A DNA stretch of 64,000 nt, taken from positions 41,106,001 through 41,170,000 of the forward strand of contig OX597835.1 in assembly GCA_951406725.2 (NCBI GenBank), read 5' to 3'. Shown piece by piece: positions 12,658 through 23,036 of the stretch (its first letter is position 1; every line of letters starts with the position of its first letter). Made by a program: the position numbers and the translations under genes. The DNA is from Octopus vulgaris. Taxonomy: Eukaryota. The notes below the pieces were generated by a model, which searched no databases, was not told where the DNA came from, and saw nothing but the letters and a program-made list of their open reading frames with translations.

Positions 12658-12878
12658 CCCTTTCGTTACTGTATTTATTTTGAGATGATCTATGTTTCAT
12701 TCAATTACTTTAAATATAACAAAGAATTTAGTAAAATAACTTAGTTATCATTCAGCTAGTGTTGGGAAGATAAATTGTGACTAAGGTTTGGTGGTATATT
12801 TTAATGCAAAACTTATGAAAACAAGACATTTGTACTACAGAGCCAGAGGCGGTTTTGGCCAGGTTGGTAATGAAAGGG
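12658..12878 (+). mobile_element. piggyBac-type MITE
   Basis: TTAA flanks, same family as 990-1210. Confidence 0.88.
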
Positions 12879-13147
12879 TTAATGGCTTTTTAAAAACCTT
12901 TCCAATAGTCAAAGCCATATTTTATGTTCCAGTGAATACTTGTTAACATTCCATAAAAATCACAAACCACAAAATCAAAAATCTGTTTTCTTCAGAAGGG
13001 AACAAAACCCGCCATCAACACAACACTTCTTTTCCACATCCACCTCCCAGCAACTTCCATTTTTTAGTTTTGTATAAGAACAACTGTCTCTGTCTGTCTG
13101 TCTGTCTCTCAATCACCATTTATTCATCTCTCTCTCTCTATTTCCAG

Positions 13148-13239
13148 AAAAGGAAGCTATTTACACAAATGCCAGTAAGCAGTTCCTTATATTTAGACCA
13201 CCAGCCATTCTGACACTTCACCTGAAGAGATTTGAACAG
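13148..13239 (+). CDS. Usp16-45: USP16/45 exon
   Basis: ttccag acceptor and gtaacc donor. Encodes KKEAIYTNASKQFLIFRPPAILTLHLKRFEQ, the USP 'P.VL.LHLKRF' box with the YTNA.KQ signature of USP16/45. Confidence 0.95.
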
Positions 13240-14460
13240 GTAACCATGTCTTGTCATGCCCCCTGCCCCTTTTCACCTGTGGCACTGTCATCACAGCTTT
13301 GGTCTTCATTCCATTCAATCTTTCATTCCTCTCCTTCACTCACAGAGTTCTTCCTGCTTCTCAATTGCTTTTCTTATTCCATCGTGTATGCATGTTTGTT
13401 TCTAAGCTTGTTCGTGTGCATTTGTGTATGTGGTTGTATGTGTATGCATGTTTGTGTGTATATGTATGCTTGTGTGTGTGTGTGTGTGTGTGTGTGTATT
13501 TCATGTTGCTGGTGAAGGTGCATGGCTCAGTGGTTAGAGTGTCAGGCCCACAGTCCTGAGGTGGTGAGTTTGATTCCCCGGACTGGGTTGTGTGTTCTTG
13601 AGCAAGACACTTTATTTCATGTTGCTCCAGTTCACTCAGCTTTAGAAATGAGTTGTGATGTCACAGGTGCCAAGCTGTATCAGCCCCTTTGCCTTTCCCT
13701 TGGATGACATTGGTGGCATGGAGAAGGGAGGTTGGTATGCATGGGTGACTGCTGGTCTCCCACAAACAACCTTGCCTGGACCCGTGCCTTTGAGGTGAAC
13801 TTTCTAGATGCAATCTCCTGGTCATTCATGACCAAAGAGGGTCTTTACCCATTATATGTGTGTGTGTATATATGTACATGCAAGTTCATGTGTGTATACA
13901 TGCGCTGGCACACACACACACTAAATATATGTGATAGGTTTCTTTCAGTTCCTGTCTACCAAATCCTCTTAAAAGGCTTTGGTCTCACTGAGACTATTGT
14001 AGAAGACACATGCCCAAGGTGCTATGCAGTGGGATTGAACCTGGGACCATGTCGTTCTATAGTTAGGTACAGGTCCATTTGTGTGGATGTCTAAGGGAAT
14101 ATGTTTATGTGTGAATATAATTATTGATGTATGCCTTTACATATATGTATTGTATTTGTTTATATTTCCTAATATATGTGTATCTGTTGGTGTCCATATG
14201 TGTATATACCTGTTTGTATATCTGTATTAATTGTATTAATAGGTAAATCTTTGGTGCTTTTTTTTGTTTGAGAAACAGTTTGTTTTGATACAACCAAGAT
14301 ATTTTAAACATCCACTTGTTATATTCAGCAACTTTCAACCAAGTTTGTTTGAATTGAACACTCCTTTCCTCTGAATATCCATTGATCTCTGTTATTGACA
14401 CCCCTCCCACCTTTGTTCATCACTCACTATTTCCACCTCTACATACCTCTGATCTCTGCC

Positions 14461-14690
14461 GGCAACTAACAACTGATGCCGGCAGTCTGTTCCATACTTC
14501 AGCAACTCTTAGCGTGAAAAAATGTTTCCGAAAGTCATGGGAGCTGTGCTGTTTTCTGACTTTGTAAATATGTCCACGGGTGTTAGACGGGTGGAGTTTG
14601 AAAAGGTGCTCAGAGTTATTGTTTGTAAGATGGTTAATAATTTTATGGGTGCCTGCCAAGTCAGCTGCTAGACATCGGAGTTTCAATGTA
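14461..14690 (-). mobile_element. Internal fragment of the same CR1-group LINE
   Basis: Encodes DTLKLRCLAADL...NTRGHIYKVRKQ...RVAEVWNRLPASVV. Confidence 0.85.
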
Positions 14691-14786
14691 TCAATCGGAG
14701 TTTCTATCATTTATTAAATGATTAAGAGTAATTTGCATATTTTATTCAGTTAATCCCTTTCAATACAGTTTGACATAAGTAATTAA

Positions 14787-15008
14787 CCCTTTTGTTACTG
14801 TATTTATTTTGAGATGCTCTGTGTTTCTTTCAATTAATTTTAAATATAACAAAGAATTTAGTAAAATAATTTAGTTATCATTAAGTTAGTGTTAGGAACT
14901 TATATTGTGACTAAGGTTTAGTGGAAGATTTTAATTGAGAAGTTTTGAAAACAAGACATTTGTATTACAGAGCTAGAGCCGATTTCAGCCGGGTTGGTAA
15001 CGAAAGGG
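14787..15008 (+). mobile_element. piggyBac-type MITE
   Basis: TTAA flanks, same family as 990-1210. Confidence 0.88.
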
Positions 15009-15130
15009 TTAACTTTCACCATGGCTACCCATTGGTTCTAAAATAAATGTTGTAATTATTGTTGTTGCTGTCCCTGACCGATCTGTTATTTAAGATGTTG
15101 GTAATGTTCTGTATTTGTCTTGTTTTCCAG

Positions 15131-15217
15131 ATTGGTTTCAGTACCCGCAAGGTTAACCGTCATGTAGAGTTCCCATTTCTCCTGGATATTGCACCATTCT
15201 GCAGTTCATTGAGTCAG
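15131..15217 (+). CDS. Usp16-45: USP16/45 exon
   Basis: ttccag acceptor and gtaaac donor. Encodes [29 protein letters not shown], the 'K.N.HV.FP..LD..PF' box. Confidence 0.95.
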
Positions 15218-15309
15218 GTAAACATCAGTGGCTCATTCCTCACTTTAACCCTTCCGTTACTGTATTTATTTTGAGATGCTCTGTGTTTCTTTCAATTACT
15301 TTAAATATA

Positions 15310-15675
15310 CTCTTTTACTCTTTTACTTGTTTCAGTCATTTGACTGCGGCCATGCTGGAGCACCACCTTTTAGTACTTATTCTATCGGTCTCTTTTTGCC
15401 GAACCGCTAAGTGACAGGGACCTAAACACACCAGCATCGGTTGTCAAGCAATGCTAGGGGGACAAACACAGACACACAAACACACACACATATACATATA
15501 TATACATATATACGACAGGCTTCTTTCAGTTTCCGTCTACCAAATCCACTCACAAGGCATTGGTCGGCCCAGGGCTATAGCAGAAGACACTTGCCCAAGA
15601 TGCCACGCAGTGGGACTGAACCCGCAACCGTGTGGTTGGTTAGCAAGCTACTTACCACACAGCCACTCCTGCGCC
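15310..15675 (-). mobile_element. SINE family 1
   Basis: Full head and tail, with a small internal deletion. Confidence 0.85.
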
Positions 15676-15743
15676 TATATATAGATTTTTTAATAATATA
15701 TTATTATTAATATAAGGAAATTAATATCCAAACTCATCATAAA

Positions 15744-16075
15744 GATATACCCGTGTGAAAAAACTTATTGTATTAAAAATATATATAAATAAATAAATAT
15801 AAAAATATAAATATAATGTATAATATATATATATAATATATATATAATGTATAAAAACGATATACCCGTGTGAAAGAACTTATTGTATTAAAAATATATA
15901 TAAATAAATAAATATAAAAATATAAATATAATGTATAAAATATATATATATAATATATATATATAATATATATATAATGTATAAAAAAGATATACCCGTG
16001 TGAAAGAACTTATTGTATTAAAAATATATATGAATAAATAAATATAAAAATATAGATATAATGTATAAAATAAAT
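15744..16075. repeat. Three AT-rich tandem units of 115-130 bp
   Basis: gatatacccgtgtgaaa...ttattgtattaaaaat starts at 15744, 15859 and 15989. Confidence 0.9.
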
Positions 16076-16111
16076 TTGATAGTTAAAAAGTTTTGAATTA
16101 ATTTTTTTAAG

Positions 16112-16203
16112 TATCTTACAATCGTTTCGCGGAAGGGTTGTCCCTATAATGAAATCCTATATTGATAAGCATTTATAGACAACTCTTCTGCTCTTCAGAG
16201 ATA
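16112..16203 (-). ncRNA. Type-I hammerhead ribozyme motif (Penelope-like, dimer-type stem III)
   Basis: Minus strand reads UAUCU-CUGAAGA-[stem II, 12 of 14 bp paired]-GAAA-CGAUUG-UA-AGAUA. The core is intact, stem I is UAUCU/AGAUA, and the cleavage triplet is GUA. Confidence 0.75.
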
Positions 16204-17313
16204 TAAAATATAAAATATGAATATTGTATGATATATCGAATGATAGTTTTTTAAAAAAAATTTGAAGTAAAATTGTAAAATGATGTTTGTTTGAAATGTA
16301 AAATAAAAATTAAAAATTACTACTTTTGATGAGAGTCTTTAAATCCATATATATTTCCTTGGTTATTCTACTTTAAATATAACAAAGAATTTAGTAAAAT
16401 AACTTTGTTATCATTCAGTTAGTGTTAGGAACATAAATTATGACTAAGGTTTGGTGGAAGATTTTAATTCAAAACTCATGAAAACAAGACATCTGTACTA
16501 AAGAGCCAGAGGCGATTTCTGCCGGGTTGGTATCAAAAGGGTTAAATATAACAAAGAATTTAGTAAAATAACTTCGTTATCATTAAACTAGTGTTAGGAA
16601 CATAAATTGTGACTAAGGTTTGGTGGAAGATTTTAATTCAAAACTTATGAAAACAAGACATTTGTACTCAGAACCAGAGCTGGTTTCAGCCGGGTTGGTC
16701 ACGAAATGGTTAAACATGGGTTTACTTGCTACCGTTTACTTCATACTCACTCATACACACACACACAAACTATCTCTCTCTCATATTTTAGAATTAAAAA
16801 ATTATTTCGATATTTTAAAAATGGTTTTGAAATTTTTATTTAAATACTTTCAAATTAAATTTTGATGCATAAAAATTTAACTCGATTTAAATTATTTATA
16901 AAAAGAATTGAATATTACTTCAATTATTTTCAAATTCCCGGAATTTAAATATTTCTCAAATTTAGTTTTATTTCACTCATTTCATCATCATCACCATCAT
17001 TTAGTTTGTCCATTTTTCCAAGTTAGCATTGCGGGACAGTTTTATTGAGGCATATTTTCTACGGCCAAATGCCTTTCCTGTTGCCAACCCTTGTCTGCTT
17101 CTGAATAAAGTAATATTACCCTGTGGCCAGATACATTTGCCCAGAATAGTGGAAATGAATGAAATTCATTTACAACAATCGGAGGCAAACTTCACCATAC
17201 TGCCATGTTTGCATCTAATTTTATTAAAAAAAAAAAGTAATATTCAGTTAATATTCTTCAAATATTTTGTAAGCAATTCTTTGACTAAATTTTATTGTTT
17301 TATTCATTTCCAG

Positions 17314-17682
17314 TACGTGAAGGCAGGTCAGAAGAAAGTGCTGTACTCCCTGTACGGCATTGTCGAACACAGCGGCCGGTTATCAGGGGGCCATTACACT
17401 GCCTACATCAAAGTCTGTAAGAACAACCTGAATAAAGCAAATAACTTTGTGGCCCAGAAGAGGTTGAATCCCAAGGAATACATCATGCAGTACAGAGAGT
17501 CTCTGTTGAAAGGGGACAGCAACATCTCTGCTGCCGAGACCGAAGAAGAAGAGGTCGATCCGGAGAGTTTGGTACCAACTGGGAAATGGTACCACATTAG
17601 TGATACCCTTGTTCGAGAGGTGCCAGAATCACTTGTGGAGAAAGCACAAGCATACCTCCTTTTCTATGAAAGGATTTATTGA
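17314..17682 (+). CDS. Usp16-45: USP16/45 terminal coding exon (His box and catalytic Ser-Asp)
   Basis: ttccag acceptor. Encodes YSLYGIVEHSGRLSGGHYTAYIK...WYHISDT...AQAYLLFYERIY-stop. Catalytic His codon is at 17392. 'HISD', with Ser in place of the usual Asn/Asp, is characteristic of USP16/45. Confidence 0.96.
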   Translation, partial: YVKAGQKKVLYSLYGIVEHSGRLSGGHYTAYIKVCKNNLNKANNFVAQKRLNPKEYIMQYRESLLKGDSNISAAETEEEEVDPESLVPTGKWYHISDTLVREVPESLVEKAQAYLLFYERIY

Positions 17683-18415
17683 CAATTTTTGCCCGGTTTT
17701 CTAATTTTTTTTTCAATTAGGAAAATAATTAAAAGTAAACAAAAAAAAAAATCTGTTTTTTATCTTTTTTTTTTCAAACAAAACTCGTGTGTTTATGTTT
17801 GTGTGTGTATGTGTGTTTGTGTGAGGGTGTCTATGTGTGTTTGTGTGTGAGGGTGTATATGTATGTTTGGGTGTGTATGTGTGTGAGAGTGTGTATGTGT
17901 GTGTGAAAGAGAGAGAATGTGAACATTACTTGCCAGTATATTTGTAAATACAAACATTTCCCAAGTCTCCCTCAAAGGGGGCTGTCTTCTTTCCCTGTCA
18001 AAAACTAAACAAATGTTAAGGTTAATTGTACAAAACTTTACAAAAACGAAAACAAAAAAAAGGGAAAGAAAATGATTAAATTTGTTACAACCATTATTTA
18101 TTCCAGAAACTGGAATTTATACAATTAGTTATATATAGATTTATATACATGCCATCTGTTTTTTTTTTTGTTTTTTTTCTCTTTCCATGCCTTTAGTTTG
18201 AACCCCTTCAATTCATTACTCTGCTCCCATACTGCGCGCACGCACACACACACTCACACACTCACACACAGTCTCCCCCCCTCTCTCTCTATGCACCACA
18301 GTACCGACCCCTCACACCTCATACCTAAAACTAATAATTTCAGTTAGTGTCTTATCTTTTGCCATACACATTTTTCAGATTTTCAAAATTTTTCACAATA
18401 ATGGATGATGATTGA

Positions 18416-18484
<69 letters not shown>

Positions 18485-19932
18485 TGATGATGAACATCAA
18501 TGGTGACAAAAGGTTTAAATATTTTTTCTACTTCATTTTGAAGAGATGACAAACTTCTATATCTCAAATCATATTTGAGGATTATAAAACAAGAATTGAA
18601 TGGAAGGTGTTAATTTAAGAGATTTCATCATTAGTAAAATAACTTGGTTATTGGAAATATTGAGAAGATTTTGTGTTTTTTAAAATGATTGAATTCATTA
18701 ACCCTTTGGCTGCCCAAAGCGTTTTCATAAGTTTGTCTTAAAGAGCCAAGCTTATCTCCAAACTTTTAGTTCATCTTGTTTCATGTGTCCTGAGTAACGT
18801 AAAGCTTTTCTTTCATAAATCCCTAATTGCTCTGGTAATTAAAAAAAATTGGGAATCTTTATCAGATCTGATTCATGCAGGCCAAGGAAATATGTCTTGT
18901 GTATCACATAGGATACACAAAACAAGCTAAGGATTAACTTTTATCTGTGATTTAAGATCCTTTTTAGTGTTTGTGGAGGTAGAGGTGTGTTCAAGTCAGT
19001 TTGTACATTCTAAAAATGATTTTTTTTTCCATTTTGTTTGGGGTGGGCATGGAAGTACTAATATAATATTTGATATAAGAGAATTTCTGGTTGAGACCTG
19101 CTGAAGTTTTTTTTTTAAAACCCCTCTGGCATTTTCTTAAATTTCCGACCAAACAAGACTGTTTATCACCTCTACCTCACTCCCTTATAATAAACTTGCC
19201 CCCCTCCCTGCAAACTAAACTCCTCCCTCCCAGTCATCCTGTCTCCATCCCCCAATGAACTCCCTCCATTCAACCACATTGACCTCACCAATCAGGGACA
19301 GACTCTGTTCTCTCCCGTCTCAAATTAATTACTTTTCCATCTGATCTCTGACAGTTGTACTTTTATGTACTAACAATGTCTTGCGTCACAATGTGCCATT
19401 GTGGCACAATAAAGGTTGTTGTTTTAGGTCCCCCTGGTTAGCTCTGATTGAGCAAACACTGAAAGGTGTTCCACTTGTGGCCATCCTGTCTTTCCACAGG
19501 TGTAGTGAGTCCCAACCTACATTTCCAAAATTAAAAAAATTTAAGACTGAAGGTTGAGATTTGGCTGCTATTTCAAGCAGGTTATGGAATCACTTATAAA
19601 CTACCCCCCACTGTATTATAAGAAACAAGCCAACCAGTTATAATCCATCTTCCTACACCTGTCCCCCACCCCCACATGCTCATGGCAGGAATTGAGTTGT
19701 TTAACATTTAGACTAAAATGTCCCCTCATGGGGCCCTAGTTTTTGTGTGATTCATTGTTGTTGTTGTTTATCCCATATGACCCTTATGGGCATCTTTTGA
19801 GATTTATCACTCATTAGGGGTGTGCTCCTATGGATGCTTGGACATGGAAATACACAAGTTGCATATCCAACAGCATTAAAGAAAGTCCTTCTTCAACCAG
19901 TTCTAAACAGAACTGAGATATTACCCAGTTTG

Positions 19933-20335
19933 GGCGCAAGAGTGGCTGTGTGGTAAGTAGCTTGCTTACCAACCACATGGTTCTAGGTTCAGTCCCACTG
20001 CGTGGCACCTCGGGCAAGTGTCTTCTACTATAGCCTTGGGCCGACCAAAGCCTTGTGAGTGAATTTGGCAAACAGAAAATGAAAGAAGCCCGTTGTATAT
20101 ATATATGTATGTGTGTGTGTGTGTGTGTGTATATGTTTGTCTGTCTGTGTCCCCAGCATCGCTTAACAACCGATGCTGGTGTGTTTACGTCCCCCGTAAC
20201 TTAGCAGTTCGGCAAAAAGAGACCGATAGAATAAGTACTAGGCTTACAAAGAATAAGTCCTGGGGTCGAATTGCTCGACTAAAGGCAGTGCTCCAGCATG
20301 GCCACACTCAAATGACTGAAACAAATAAAAGAGTA
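19933..20335 (+). mobile_element. tRNA-derived SINE family 1 (CORE-like domain, internal TA/TG microsatellite, aaaagagt tail)
   Basis: A-box-like TGGCTGTGTGG, B-box-like GGTTCAGTCCC, CORE-like accttgggcaagt, and a tail cagcatggcc...tgactgaaacaagtaaaagagta. More than 20 copies or fragments occur in the window. Confidence 0.85.
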
Positions 20336-21519
20336 CTGTTACTCTAAATCCTAATGTGGGATAACGTTTTTAGGGGACCTGTCAATTCAAGGTTGTTTTG
20401 GATTCTGTTATCCAAGGCATGACTCCAGGTTCAGTTCCACCGTGTGGCACAATGGGTAAATAGCTTCAAATACAGCCTCAGGCCAACCAAACTCTTGTGA
20501 CGGGGATTTGGTAGACAGAAACTGAAAGAAGCCTGTCATGTATATATCAGTGTATGTGTGTCTTTGTATCTCTTTGTCCCCTACTACTGCTTGACAACCG
20601 ATGTTGGTGTGTTTACATCCCCTTTATCTTCTTAGCAGTTCAGTGTAAGAGACCGATAAGTACTGGTGTCAATTTATTTAATTAAAAATTCTTCAAGGCA
20701 GTGCCCCAGCATGGCTACAGTCCACTGACTAAAACAAGTAGATGATAGATGTTGTAGGTGTAATATAGCTACATGGTTTTAGCAGTTCACTTTGCAATCA
20801 CAAGGTCTTGTGTTCAATCCCATCACATAGCATCTTGGGAAAGTGTTATTAATTTTCTTTAGCCTTCAGGTCAGCCTTGTGAGTGAAACTGGGCAGACAC
20901 TAAGTAGAAGTTTGTCAAATCGATTGAACTTGTAATTCATGAGTCTGGCTATGTTGCATGGGTTCTGCTAGAGAATTACATTAAGGGTACACCTATCTGT
21001 GAAATACTCAGCCATGTATTTGTTAATTTAATGAACCTGGTGATTCAGTTGATTGAACAACTGAAAACACGTGGTCAGAAATTCCATGTTTTTTTGTTTT
21101 TTATTAAAAAAATTTTTTTTTAAAGGCAGCAATCTGGTAGACTTGTGAGCATACAATGGCGGTGCCCCAGCATGGCCACAGCTCGTCAGCTGAAACTAGA
21201 TAAAATGAAAATGATAAAATGAAAAATACAAGACAAAATGCTTAGCAACATTTTTTCTGGCTTTACGCTGGGGTCAACTTTGCCTTTCATCCTTTTGGGG
21301 TCGATAAACTAAGTACCAGTCATGTACTGGGGTCAATGTAAATTGACTAATCCTACCCTTAAAATTTCAGGCTTTGTGCCTAATGTAAGAAAAAAAAAAA
21401 GGTCGGTAGTCCTAATTGTCTGCAGCAGGACTAAAGAGTCCCTTGTGTTTGGAATTGCTTCTCCCCTACACAAGTTGACTGCCCTTTCGTTTGTAGAGTT
21501 CCTGTTTTCTTTACTAAGG

Positions 21520-21930
21520 GACAAGGTTGGAAAAATTACAGGGAGCTTGTTACTTCTTCATGGCAAAAAGGCTTTGTCGTCAGAATTGAGTATTGCATTT
21601 GCATGGAGTGTGATTATTGCAAGGCATTGAGACACGAACTCTGAAAAGTGGATATGCAAAGTGTGAAAAGAAATGAAGCGAGCATGCTTCACTGGATCTC
21701 TAATATCTGTATGCATGAATGAATGTGCAACGAATGGGCGATTAGAACGAGAAGAGTGGCTGAACAGCAAGGGAGATAACTGTGATGGTGTGGCTATACG
21801 GTACACTTGAAGAATGAGAGTTGGGTGAAATTGTGTTGAGTAAAGTAGAAAGAACTGGAAGAAAACCAAAAAAATATGCGAAGTCTGATGTCAGAATGCT
21901 GCATCTTACAAAAAAGAAATGAAGGACTGC
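21520..21930 (+). mobile_element. Old, degraded RTE LINE fragment
   Basis: aaaagaaatgaagcgagcatgcttcactggatctctaatatctgt (RNEASMLHWISNIC) aligns by eye with RNEASKIRWMCNVS of the 40767 ORF. Confidence 0.6.
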
Positions 21931-22651
21931 AGCCAATGGGAAGAAACTGTGTTAAAATTGGTCCATCCACCCTCCCAGTGTGGAAAAGTAGATATGTGTG
22001 ATGATGAATTTGTATATAAAATGTGTAATTTATAAGAAAATACCGTGTAGAATTCAGTTTTTTTTTTTCCAATTATTGATCTCAAAATGTAAAAAGTACA
22101 TGTCTATGAAATAACCCTTGTTACTCTCTCCCCCATCACCACAACCAAACAATTTCTGGCCTGTAGCGCCAATGTCATGTTATCCTCTCTCTCTCTCGCT
22201 CTCAAGTTAACCTTCCAGTCTTCAAATATGTTGAAACATCAAAGCGTGTTAGATCTAACAATATCAGACTTAATTACCTAATTACATAGTATATTAATTA
22301 TTCACACATTCTACAACCTCCTCCTCCTCCTCCTCTTCCTTCCCCACCATCTCTGCCCCCCTCATGATGTTCTAGACTTTAGAGATGCACAAATTCCAAC
22401 AATTGTTGTAAGAAATAAATAATTTAACAAAAATGAAAATAAAAGAAAAAACTTAGTAACATTTTTTTATTTTTATTACATTTTGGAATAATAAATTTTT
22501 TTTTTCGGTCATTCTGCAGTATTTGATTATTTCTGTTTGCTCTGATAGGGATTTGAACCTACAACAACTCCGGTGAATATTTGAATGCTACATTTTTATT
22601 TTTCTGTTGTAGCCATGAAATGAACTTACGATGTTCTTCAATGTCTTTATA

Positions 22652-23036
22652 GGCGCAGGAGTGGCTGTGTGGTAAGTAGCTTGCTAACCAACCACATGGT
22701 TCCAGGTTCAGTCCTGCTGCGTGGCATCTTGGGCAAGTGTCTTATGCTATAGCCCTGGACCGACCAATGCCTTGTGAGTGGATTTGGTAGACGGAAACTG
22801 AAAGAAGCCTGTCATATATATGTATATATATAAGTGTGTGTTTGTGTTTGTCCTCCTAGCATTGCTTGACAACCGATGCTGGTGTGTTTACGTCGCTGTA
22901 ACTTAGCGGTTCGGCAAAAGAGACCGATAAAATAAGTACTGGGCTTACAAAGAATAAGTCCCAGGGTCGATTTGCTCAACTAAAGGCGGTGCTCCAGCAT
23001 GGCCGCAGTCAAATGACTGAAACAAGTAAAAGAGTA
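22652..23036 (+). mobile_element. SINE family 1
   Basis: Full-length match to 19933-20335. Confidence 0.85.

Larger units (their letters stand above)
15249..16709 (+). mobile_element. piggyBac-type MITE split by a 1059-bp insertion (15310-16368), followed by a tandem duplicate of its 3' part (16546-16709)
   Basis: 5' part at 15249-15309 and 3' part at 16369-16541. A 13-bp duplication tactttaaatata lies at 15297-15309 and 16369-16381. Confidence 0.82.

Noticed and set aside
15676-16368. Mitochondrial control-region NUMT
   Set aside because: The segment is AT-rich and tandemly repeated, but I see no mt tRNA, rRNA or protein trace. The hammerhead motif better suggests a Penelope-like origin; not excluded without BLAST.
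19408-22495. Poly(A) signal of USP16/45 (AATAAA near 19408 or 22415-22495)
   Set aside because: Several candidates exist in AT-rich DNA and cannot be chosen between without 3'-end data.
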